DNA of 64,000 nt. It comes from Raillietiella orientalis (Eukaryota). The stretch is from contig JAYWIR010000022.1 of NCBI GenBank assembly GCA_036172245.1, positions 1,736,001 through 1,800,000 on the forward strand. Reading direction: 5' to 3'. The notes beneath the pieces were generated by a model, which was not told where the DNA came from, did no database searches, and saw only the letters and a program-made list of their open reading frames with translations. Made by a program: the position numbers and the translations under genes. This document shows, piece by piece, positions 13,201 to 24,500 of the stretch. Every line of letters starts with the position of its first letter. The stretch's first letter is position 1.

Positions 13201-16109
13201 CATCCTTTCAAGAATGCGTGCTACAGAGATGTTTCATGATTATTCAAGTGAGATTGCCTCTACCTGGTGACGATCTTCGTGTCGATTTTCTTTCCCTCTG
13301 GATAATGCCTCCGTCTTGCTGGTGAATTTTCGCAGCGATGCAGTTCTCTTCCGTCCCGCGCAGGCAGCAAACACTTGCCATGTACTCAGCAGATCCCAGG
13401 GTTAGTCCTCGCGAAGGCAACCACTTGCCGATCATACCCGCAACGGGCCAGTCTTCAGTGGCTGTCGACGAGCCACGGCGTCGTTTCCTTGCAGACGAGT
13501 GATCTCTCGGCAAGAAGGCGTGCAGCAACACCCTGATTCTTCTTCCCAGCGGTAATTGAAGCTTCCACCTCCATTCGGGCGTCAGAACGTCGAGTCCACC
13601 ATCTCCCCGGGACTCGATTTGGTTTCTCACGCGAACGCGGAACCACCCTTTGCCTCACAGGGAGCGTTCCTCTGAAGATCCTCTGTCTGTTTCTTTAGGG
13701 ACAGGGAAAACGATAAGAAGGAGGCGGAGAGGATGCGCGGTCGGCCGGCCTGCAAAACCCTGAGATGGCTCTGAGATGCTCCTGGTGCCGTTGATCTCCT
13801 GGAACCGCGTTTTTCCGGAAGGGATCACCATTTGGATCGGGTCTTCATTCCGGTCGCCTCCGCTTTCTGCCTTTCGTTCGCACGCCTCTCCATTCGGCCA
13901 AGCTACGTGCGCAATGCCTGTTGCGAAAAGTCTGTTTGAATGCTGGCTGCAGGATTCCCTTCTGATACTTGGTGGTTCCACTCTGTCGTGACGGCTTTGG
14001 GATCCTCGCTATGGAGGGAAGACTGCCGCAGGTAAACTTCCGAATGGACGACTTGTCTCCTTGTGCGCCGGTGGCAGCCAAGGACTTGTTATCTCGTTGC
14101 TGCAGCGCACCCGGAATGGGAAAGGGAGCATGGGACTTTTCTTTGGTGCAAGGGGCGTCACTTCTGGAATCCCTCCATCGTTGTAAGGACTGGAGTGCCT
14201 GGAGGAGGAAAGCGGTTGAAAACGTGGACATCACTTTGGAAGTGCGCTCGCAAATACTTCGTCTCCTGCGACGGCTGACATCCCTTCAGGGCTTATACCT
14301 CGCAGAATTCGGCAAAGGCGTCCATGCTGGCCGTCGCATCGCTCTCCGCGATTTTGTCTGCCGGGAAAGCAAGAAACCCCGGTTACTTCCCGTCGGAATA
14401 CGATTTCTTCTGCTCCTTCACCGTTGCAGAGAAGACCCAACTCCTGCGAAGCCGGAAGACGGGCGAGATGGTGGACGCACACGCCACACCTCGTTCCCGA
14501 CAGAAGGGAGCATTTCGGCAAGGTGAACTTCGGAGTGTGCCTCCCAGAAGACATCCCTCTCTTTGCCTTGCGTCAGGACATTTCAGTGCTGCCCTCTAGG
14601 CGGAAGCAGGTCGTGCTGCTTGTCTTCCAGTGCAATCGGCGTTCGCATTTCAGTTCCGGGAAATCCGCATCCGCGAACTGTTCCGAGCAGGAGGATCAGG
14701 AAAGTTCGGATCGTCCCTGCTGCTGCTTCCGAGATGCGGTACCGTCCAAGGACTGCGACGAACGCCGTCTCCGGCGATCCTGTTTGCAGGGGTCACTGCC
14801 AGGGACTTGCTGCGCGATTTTCTACGCGCGGCACACTTTTGGCAGGCGCCGTGATTGCACCGTTCTCAAGACTGGTATACCCGCTCCCTCTTCGCGACGC
14901 TTGGCGTGCAGGGGTCCGGGGATTCACCCGCATGGCAGCCTTCTACATGGAGAACGCTGCTCCTAGACTGGCATGTCCTGAAGGAAGACACCAGGATGAA
15001 GTTATGAAAGTCATGGTGCGCCTGCTTCGGCTGCAGATCGGAAGGTGAGGCAAGAATCCCTTCTCACTGCGTCCCCCCATTCCCTTTATTTGTCTACGGA
15101 ATGTCCCCTTCACTTCCGCTCCAGAGCGCTTGGAAACTTCCCTGCACTGAGTGTCGGCGACTCCTATCCTTGAACTTGCGATTTTTCTGCTTTTGTTTCG
15201 GGAACTGCGCTGCCCTACGGGTGCTCGCTGGTTTCCTTTGCATGAAGACCTCGACGCCAACGGGTGATCCTGAGCTTCCTCTGCCGAGATCGTTTCGATC
15301 TGCTGCAGGATCTATGAGCGAAGACCCGTAGGTCGGTGCTACGTCTCGCCTCCTCCCGCAATCGCGCAGACCGTCGTCGTATCGTGAGGAGGCTACGCGA
15401 TGTCGAAGAGAAAAAGCGATCCCGCGTATAACTGCTGCAAAGATGATGACCAGGTGGCTTTTGAGTCCAGTCGGGATGGTGGGTAGTTTGCAAGAAGATC
15501 GCGAAGCTGGAGCGCGACCTTTTCTTTCCCACAATGTCAGAGGCTTTCTCCAGCGAGGACTGTCGCGTTCCTTCCCCCCGCCCTTCCGAAGGTCGTCTCT
15601 CACCAGGGGAAGGAAGGAAGAACAGCTAGGGTGGAGCCCAGTGTTTTACCCAGATCTCGTTTCCGTGGATGGATCTCCGCAAAGCCGTCTCCTTCGAGCT
15701 TCCATAAAACGATCTTCCCTCTCTAGCGTGTGGAAGCAATGGGCGTCGTCTTGTCCTACGGAGCATCGCAATGTGTCCAGGAGTTGCCTGCCCGTACATA
15801 AAGGGAAAGGAAAGGCGTGTGGCGTTGCCAGCCCAATTCGCTTCCCTGTCACGTGTGAGTTGGTTGGTTTCGACGCGATCCGATTCAGCATGGGACCGTT
15901 CTTGACAACGGTTCTGGCACTCGCCACCGGAGGGGAGGACACTTTCAAGTGAGCAGCGCTGGATGCCACGCTTACCTGGCTGCGTTAGAAGGAAAGCGGT
16001 TGCTCCGAGGAACTTTCCTCTTGGTCTAGGAATACTCTGGGGAAAAATTGAATGGAAGACAGGTGCTCAGAAATGGCGCGTGCCGGTCCCTCTTCCTCCA
16101 GCTTCTTTG

Positions 16110-16490
16110 GAACGGGAGTGCGTTCGACATGCTGTCGTATGGTTGCTTCTCAGTTGCTCTGCTCGTTTGATTGACAAACGCGAGCTCCTTCCTCATTTCC
16201 ATGGTTTCGAATTACTAGCTGGTGTCGACGATGACTCTTTCTTCGTCAATTTAAATGGATTTCTGGCTAGATTGGCGCACTTGATCTCGTCAGAGAGCAT
16301 GTGCACTTTCCTTAAAATCCTGAATTAACTTCAACGGCCAACACTCGCGTTTGGTACCACCGGCGAGCGCGAGAGGTTCGGACGGAGCCTTCGTGTGCAT
16401 TGGGAGAGATCCGACTTTGAGAGGTCGCCGTCTACGCAAAATGAATGGCTGGCGGCCTATCGAACGCGCGAACCGAAGTACTGGTTCCTT
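16110..16490 (+). pseudogene. Possible decayed GT31 (beta-1,3-galactosyltransferase-like) fragment
   Basis: W....C.A followed by FELLAGVDDDSFFVNL..FL..L resembles the KxDDDxFVNxxxL motif. No further convincing motifs were found. Confidence 0.25.
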
Positions 16491-16826
16491 TTCCTAAAAT
16501 TGGTCCGTGACTCAGGAACGAATCGTGGTCTTCGACCTAGCGGGAACGCTTCTTCGATAGAGTGAGTCTTTGCAACGCTGCAAAGGTGCGATGGTGAGCG
16601 CAATGAGCACCTTTGCCACTTCCGTGAGTGGGTAACGCGTCGTCACGTCGTGTGCACGTCGAAGAACTCGCTCGCGTTGAGCCGGCAACGCACCCGCGTT
16701 CCCGATCCCCCCGATCGATTTCCACTCTCCGAGATGAAAAGGGGAATCCCGGAACGTGGTGTTTGCTTCCACTCACAGGTCTTTTTCAGATCGGAGCACT
16801 CCAGTGATCGATTCGAAGACACGCCC

Positions 16827-18459
16827 ATGGGTCAATTGTGGATGCTCGCCCGCTGCGTCCAAGTGTTGCTGTGCGCCGCAAACGTGGCTGCAACTTGCTG
16901 GAAACCGGAAGACTTGGGGCAACTGGCAGAGTACTCGGGCACCAGGACCTTGTACAAATACATCAGAGGGAACGATTTACAGAACACGCCACCAGGTACC
17001 CTCCAACACCTCTTTCTTGGGCGCGCCATTTCTCCGTGGATTCTCGTAGGCTGCGAGGCGGTTGGGGTGTGGCTGTACGCTCGGCATGGAGCTCGGCTTC
17101 CCAGCAAACCGGACGTGGATAATACCAAGCGAAGTTTGGCTGCCATTGCAACTACTCTTGCAGAACACGTGATGAACAAAAAAGGTTGACGAGTTGGAGC
17201 ATTCGAGCTTTGCTCTGACCTTCAGTTCAGTCGCGCTCTGCCAAGGCGACAAGAAGTTTCCTCAACATCTGCGTGAGTGGAATTGGAACCAGATTGGGGA
17301 GAGCAACTACGGACACCTTGTGCAGAACGGCAGAGTGGAGATGAAGGAACTGGGTCAAAGATTTCGAAAGCATTTCAAGTTTCTGCAAAATTCGAAACAT
17401 GCAATCCACGTGAGTTTGCTTGCTCTTCTGGCTGTGCCTGGAGGTTTCTTTCAGTACGGCTACGGGGAGGAGGAAAGAACGGTGTCGAGCGCAACGTCTT
17501 TTTTGGAGGGCCTCGGCAGATCCGCAGATGCTAAAGCTGCCAATCCGAAGAGCACGGAGATGAAAGGGATGATAAGGGTGAGCACCTTTTATCTGCAGGA
17601 AGCGTACGAACTTGCGGATTGCCTTCCACAGCCGCATCGCTACTGCGAAAAGTGGAAGAAAGAGGTCTGCAAGAGTGAAGCCACTCTAAAGGAATTCAAC
17701 ACGTTCATGAAGGGACCATATATGAAAATCGTTCTCAAAAATGTTTCGAATAAGACCCGGATGGACAGATTGACAGCAGGTAGAGGAACGCATTCGAGAC
17801 GTTTGGGAGAAAAAGAATCGATTTTCAGAGGATGCGTTCCTGATGTACCAGGCATGCAACTATGAGAACGCGTGGGATAACACAAAAGTCTCCCCTTGGT
17901 GCCAACTGTTCGATGCGAGTGATATGCAGGTTCTTCAGTACTTGATAGATTTAAGAAATTACTACAAGTACGGCCGCGGGACGCCGTTGAATGCCAAGCT
18001 GGCCTGCTACGCGTTCGACGACATGGTGAAATATCTCACGTGAGCAGCCGGCAACTCCAGACGGCAGCTTTTGCTCACTTTCCTCTCTTCAGGTCCCACG
18101 GGCACAGTTCATTCTATTTTACGCACGAGGGATCCATTTTGAAACTGGATACCCTGTTGGGTTTCTTTCAAGATGACTTGCCTCTGGAAGCGCGCATTTA
18201 TGAGCAAATGGCGAACAGGAAGCAGAAGGCGAGCACAGTGTGTCCTTACGTTTCGAATCACCTCATGGTGGTCTACAAGTGCGGGTCAACCAAACTCATG
18301 GCTATCTACAGGAACGAAAAGCTCATGAAGCTTCCCTTTTGCGAGAACCGCACCACCTGCTCTGTTGAAAAAGCGCTGCAGGTGTTCCAGAAATTGCAAC
18401 ACGACTTCTGCCGGGACGTCGATGAAATTTGCTCGCTTCAAAGAGTCACCAAAGCGTAG
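16827..18459 (+). CDS. MINPP1: Multiple inositol polyphosphate phosphatase (histidine acid phosphatase clade 2); exons 16827-16995, 17050-17184, 17231-17409, 17455-17577, 17632-17779, 17829-18039, 18093-18459
   Basis: Signal-peptide-like start, YSGTRTLY, catalytic RHGARLP, GHLVQNG..EM..LGQRF, ERT..SA.SFLEGL, MYQAC.YE.AW...SPWC.LF, DLRNYYKYG.G and YFTHEG. All six introns are GT-AG (54, 46, 45, 54, 49, 53 nt) and splicing keeps the frame through to TAG at 18459. Confidence 0.93.
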
Positions 18460-18614
18460 GAACACCTCGGACACATTCCGCAATGCGATAGCATGGAAAT
18501 TGTCCTTCCCGCTACGCGTCTTCGTTTCTTAGAACCGTGCTTCCTTTTCTCCGCGGGCGTTCCGGACACGCGCTGCCTCTCGCAATGTTGAGCAAGACGA
18601 ACGCCCTTCTCCAG

Positions 18615-18620
18615 AATAAA
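18615..18620 (+). promoter_or_regulatory. Candidate polyadenylation signal of the MINPP gene
   Basis: AATAAA about 155 nt after the stop codon, followed by a T-rich tract at ~18650-18667. Confidence 0.55.
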
Positions 18621-21540
18621 ACACCCGGAGCAGTCGGACTTTCGAGTTGGTTTTCTTTTCTCTTTTTCACAACGTCTTTTCCTTCTTCCGGCAGTTAGGT
18701 GAGCGACAGTAGTGGACAGAGGTCGTGACGAGGCATAGGCAACTACGGAGAACCCGTCGGTGCACGCCGACAGAGCCCGAGATCGCTCGTAGGGTAAGCC
18801 ACTGCCTCTGCAGCGGAAGAGGAAGAGGACGCGTGCGAGCTTTTTCAGGTTCGCTTAGCAGTCGCATGCGCTGCGAAGTGCCAGAGCACAGTCCTGCGGC
18901 CGTCGAGGCGGTTCCAGTCGTCGGGCGGGGGAGGAAGCCGAAGAAGCTTCGATGGCAGTGCGAGACGCTGCTGGTCTTCGAGACGAGACGGGACCTCCTT
19001 CTCTTTTTAGGGAAGTGTCGACTTCTTCGTGTCGCAAAGTACAAGGGCAGTCGCGCAGCCCCCACGAGCAAGGAAATAGGAGAGTCCTCCCAGAGGCTCG
19101 CCTGTCCTCTATGCCAGGTACTCTGCAGGATGAGGACTCGTGCAACGCCCGAGGGAGCAGCGCCATCTCTTCCAGTGCGTCCAGGAGGTCTTAAAACCTC
19201 TCCCTGTCATTCGCTGACTATTTCCTTCCTTGCACCGCGTGGCAACGGTGTTCCAACGGGAGACAGTCCAGTCCTTGGAAAGTTTCTTACAAGTCTTCGT
19301 GGAATCAGAACGAGCGGTCCGCCTCCACCTCGGCGTCACCGATGGACACGCCGTCAGGAACTTCCACTACCTCGTGTCCCGAAAAGTTTCCAAGAGGCAC
19401 GCGAGGAGGCGCTTGCGTGCTCCGTTTCACGTGGAACAGAAAAACAAAGAGAAAAGTCTCGAAGGAAGATGCGAGTTGGCTGCCTCGCATCGGAAAAATC
19501 TCGGACGGCACTTCGGAAGCCATGGAACGTTTTTCCCGGCACTCTCTTCGACTGCCGGGAAAAACTCCCGACCTACACGCCGAGGCAAGCAAACTGTTTT
19601 CTGCTTTCCGGATTCGCTATGCGGGCTCTTCCTCCTGATGGAGCACTCGACTCTAGTTCGTAATGACGAGTCATTATCACTCCTCAGAGGTGGGATCGTC
19701 CCCAAAGGGTGCAGCCGCTACGTCATAACGGGGACACTTACGCACGTGCGGTAAGAACGTCGGAGGGCTTCCTTCGGGATGGAAGCACATCTCTGGGGCA
19801 GTTTTACTTCCAGACGCTGTCTCGCAAGACTTCCTTCGAGCCGGGTTCCTTTATCCTGGCTCACTGGTTGCCTCCTGTCTAGATATTCGCCGACAAGTGG
19901 CAGTACCGGTGGCCGCCCCATCGCAAGGCAAGAGTTGCCGTCATGTTATGGGGCCACTTGAGATCGCCATCGGCCACACGCAGATTGCGACCGAGGAATG
20001 GAGGAATCTGGAAGGTGAGGTTTCAGGGAACCTTAGGTCGACCGTGGGCTGATCCACGCGACGCCGATGAAGTGAAACGCTCCCGTCTTGCCCTTCCTGG
20101 GGAGAGGCCTACGAGGATCTTCGAGATGCATTCGCTTTGCACCGCCGAACAAGTACATCCTTCCACTCCTCGATTCGTTTCTTGTCCTTCCTTCCTCTCT
20201 CTTCATTGCTTCCTGGTTGCGTTTCTTTGTCTCCAGTTAGAGTCGTCCCACCGGGTAAGCACCCACAGCTGTCGCTCTTGAACTGTACGTATTTCGGATC
20301 CCTTGTTCATTCAACATAGAAGTTGTTGCTTTCCGTGATGGAGGACACGTCGGGACCTTTCTTTCAAGAAAGAAAAAAAGGCACGCCGCGGGGGCTGGGC
20401 GTTGCGTTCCACCGGACCTTATGTTCAGAGGAATGGACCCAGCAATCATTTTGAATACGGCTTGTCTCTTCGAGAAGGCGCAAGATGTATTCCGGCCGAC
20501 TCGGCTGAACAAACAGGAGGAGGATAGTATCCCCACGGCTCTTCGAATGCCCCCGTGGGAAGAGAAGTTTCAAGTCGCAACACCCTCAGAGGATGTCCTT
20601 GCATGACTTCCGGCTCTGCAACCAGTCGAAGAAGCTTGTGGAGTCATCAAACGTTAGCTACAGGATGGACATCGAGAAAATGAGTTCAGTCTTTGTCGTT
20701 CAGTGAGGCTACGGAGAAAGACCAGGCAAATTGTGGACATTGAAAATAGGGTCCCCTTAATTGGTCAAAGACGCACGAGGAACTCAAACTCATGCCTTGG
20801 GGCTTCTTAGATTGGGCTCCATTGTATCCTCGGGAACCAGGGTCACGCCATTGGCCCCAGCCCCTCGGAATTGTCAATGCTAGCTGCAAATTTGGTGCCT
20901 GGAGAAGAATGTTTAAGGAACAAGAATGCGAAGACGCTCTTTGACCACCATACCGGCCTTGGCAGAAACCCACTAGTGCAACCTTCTAAGCCAAGCACGA
21001 TCGGAGTCACCGTCAGCGGCACTTGTGGCTTTGCAGCATTCACGTGGTGAGTCTTTCACTAATCGTTTCGCGCTCCCTTCATATTTAGGTTTCTGAATTT
21101 GTGAGAAGACCATGGGATCCCCCTGCCTCTTTCTACTTTCAGCCTTGAAGTTCTCTTCCGTCTTTCGTTGATGTTGCTGAATCTCATTGAAACCTTCGAC
21201 CGCAGTGTCTTCCGGATTGGCTCCATTCTCGAATGCTTTTCCCGCATTCGGCAGGTGGGCCAGAAATCTTTCGTTCGAAGTCGTCTATCTCACCATTTCA
21301 ACTCTGTACTGTCCTTCCGCGATGATCGGCAGACTCCACTGCCACCTGAATTTGCCTCAATCCCCTGCTGGTTTTCCGAATTCCAGCATTCCGTGTTTCA
21401 TCCGCGCAGTTTGGTTGTTCGCCACTCTGATGCAACCATCAGATGTTGCCGTTTCTTCGCTGCCAACGCGACATTCCTTGGGCACATGAAATGGTGTCCA
21501 AGTTTTCATGTGTCTGAGAAGTGAATTGCAGATTCCATTT

Positions 21541-24500
21541 TCAAATCAACTCGTCCAGGATCCGAATTACATTGCTGTGAATCCGCACCACGACCTTGCG
21601 CCTACTGGTCAGCGGCGAACGGGTCCTCTCAACGATCCTGCTGATGACATCGAAATTCACTCTTGACACTGGTCGCAAGTCCACCGGGAGAGAAGCCCAC
21701 GAAAAGACCGCTTGTCGGCGTGCACTCGCGTGGAAGCGGCATGGCGATCCGGTTTCAGAGGAAAGACCCCGGTTCGCCATCCGACGAGAAAACTTATCAG
21801 CAAAGTCCGTAAACCTGGTATCCCGCTGGATGCAAGGGTTCGACAGAGCGTGCTGGCGGACCGTGGGTTCAGGCATCCCTCCAGGAAGGTTGGCTTGATG
21901 CTTCAGCGACATGAGGTTCCGTTGTGGACGAGGAAACGTGGTCCAGTCTGCATCGTCCACTCCAATCCGAGCGAGCAGAATCTCCCGAATACCTAACACG
22001 GCTTTTAACCCAAGAGAGAGGCTGAACACAGGGGAGCGAAGGCGAGAATACTGCGAAACATCTCCGTTCTTTCCTTGCTGTCTTCCGTTTTTCGAACAGA
22101 CTGCCACCGTTCCTCGTCGACCCAGCTCGATGCCGCGACCCCAACTTAGCTTCTTGGCCACGAACTTGTCCATCTTCTGGGACCCGAAAACCCACAACCT
22201 GTCGATGTCTTGCGAAAAGGCGAGGTCGAAAATGGCGCCGGCAACGTCTCTCCCCTCGTGGTCGTCGCGCAGCCCGACGCCGTTGCAGCAGGACACGCAG
22301 AACGGACGGCTGCTGAAGAAGTTTCCTGTTTTCTGCTCAAGCGGGCTGCTGAAAAGAAGGGTGTGAATCTGAGAAAACGAACATCACCCTTTCCCTTCCT
22401 TGCGGTCGAAGGATCGAGGTACTTTCTCAGAAATGCAGCCCGCCTTGCCACATCCGGTTTTTTTTTCTCAGCCTTCTGGTCCGAGTCGGAAATTGGCTCC
22501 CTACATTCCTTCGCCGATCCCCTGAAAGCCATCCTGTCGTCCTTAGCGGGGTCATGGAAGCGCCTGTGAGCGATTCGCAGCTTCGTTCGTCCGGTTCCAG
22601 CGAAAGCTGGATCGCCACCTCCGCTGCTGCTGTCGGCAGGCGCGTCTCGCACTCATACCACCGATTCGGTCGCCAGTTCCATCGCCCGGTGGGTGGCCGT
22701 GCAGCCTGCGACCTCCTCGTGCCGCAACGATTTCTTCCACGCAAACGGCAGAACTATTTATATTTCCTCTTTCTTTTATTTTCCAATTTTTTCCCGTTTG
22801 TCTTTGCTCGCCAGAGCACCTTGCAGTCGGCCTCGTCGCAGGCCATCTCTAGGACGCCGCACGGCTTTCTCTCTATTGGCCGTGTGATCTCCACAGATTG
22901 CAAGGATGCTTTTGTCCCTCGATTCTTCTGTGTGATCCTTCGCTTGTGTTTCTGCGTTTGCGGCACCTCCGGTGTTTCCCATGAATTTCTGCACGTTGGT
23001 CGGAGTCTCCCGTTTGCAATCGTAGCCGTGGCGAACCTATCTTGGCTTCTTTTTCCGAGAGGTCACGGCCTGCCATCCTTCCTATTACAAGGCACGTACC
23101 TGCGCTTCCGCGCCGTTCTCCTGCCTCTTGAAACACCTCCCTTCATCTTTGACAAAGTTATCGGTACCTCTCTTCAGTGGGCCTCCTACGAATCTCTTCT
23201 TGGTTCTTATCTTGCTGGTCGCTCGAGAGCACATCCACCGAATTCACCGTTGCGACGTCATGCGATTTGGGAGCGCAGTTGCTTCGGGTGTCGCTCGGAA
23301 CAACGAGCTCCAGATATCCCGATGTACAATAGGCAGCTCCTTTGGTTCTCTCGCCTGCATCACGTGGGGAAATTCTCACCGATCAAGCATACCGCCGCAT
23401 GCGTTCCAAAGTCCACCGTGAGTTGGCAGAATATGGGAAATTCCTTTTTTTGCGCAGAGTCGCCCGCTTGGTCATCACAAAGCGATGACCCATTCTCGAA
23501 GGAATCGAACTCACCTCGACAGGAAACGAGCGGTCCGCGACCGCAGTGAATACTTTATTTCCACCATGGACGCTCGGGGTGAGCAAGAGCTCTTGTCGAA
23601 GGTGAACTCTTTGCAGACCACGTTCTGTGCACGACCACGCTCGATCGCGAAATCGAGTCCTTCCCTCTCATCCTTACGCGTCAGAGCTCTTTTCCGCACT
23701 ATTCAACCGCCTGTTTTTCCTCAACTGATATGCTAGCGATGGCAGACTTTCTAACCGTTGCCTGCGTGAGCCTGAATCTATGCGGGGAAAGAGTCCGATC
23801 CGCATGCGGCTGCCTCGCACCCACCGTTTTCCAAGGGACAGGGCGGAGCAGGCTTTCCCGCAGAGCAGCGTCCGCAGTCTGGCAAATGCGACAAGGGCGC
23901 GTGAGGTCGCGTTCCTGTGCCCAGGCTGGAGAGAGGACCGCGCCGCCCTCTCATGCATCGATGACGTCATGGGCGTTCCGCGGACTCACCCTCTCTTCCC
24001 GAAGAAGTGCGCTTCACAGCAGACTCCCAGCCGCCCTACTCCTGCCGATGCCGATGCCGGTCGACCGCAAGGACCAATTTGTCTCGCGGACGCCTTTCGA
24101 GCAGACGGGCTCGCTGGTGACCCGAGCAACCAGCCTCGCCTCTCTTCGATGTAGCGTTTGCGCATCGCATGCCGGAACGCTGACCGCTCGCACTCCGACA
24201 CGAACCTCCAAAGGTAGGCGAGCCGTATTCTCACGTTTGACCTCTCTCTTCTGAGGGGAGTTCCATACACAAGAGAGCGGGAGGCATGGGAGCTCAATCT
24301 GTTGACAGATGCGGTCATGCGTTGGCATGTGACGAGACGTGGACGCGCAGAGTGCCGTACTTGCTGCAGCCACTCTTGCACGGGAATGCTCGCGTGCGTA
24401 GACCAAGCGATCACGGCACACTCTCTACCATGCAGTTGCGGAATCCGCAGACGATCTCGCTGCTCCGAAAGAGCACTCGGACTTTTGGGAAGCTCGAGAA

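Noticed and set aside
9480..14360. Type I diacylglycerol kinase-like relic (FLLVLL, HTFQE, GICCHIC, ILQDLFDG) on the minus strand
   Set aside because: Matches are short and the N-terminal pieces are out of order.
14335..14405. SH3-like ALRDF / GYFPSEY
   Set aside because: The two motifs are adjacent in different frames with the whole SH3 core missing, so the match could be chance.
21641..21656. CTGATGA-CATC-GAAA minimal hammerhead core
   Set aside because: No stem II or flanking stems. Explained as the antisense of codons for FDVISR.
22554..23549. 331-aa plus-strand ORF and similar long ORFs at 7645-8634, 18725-19663 and 59668-60459
   Set aside because: No recognisable domains or coding-like composition. 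The last is partly explained by the I-clade relic.
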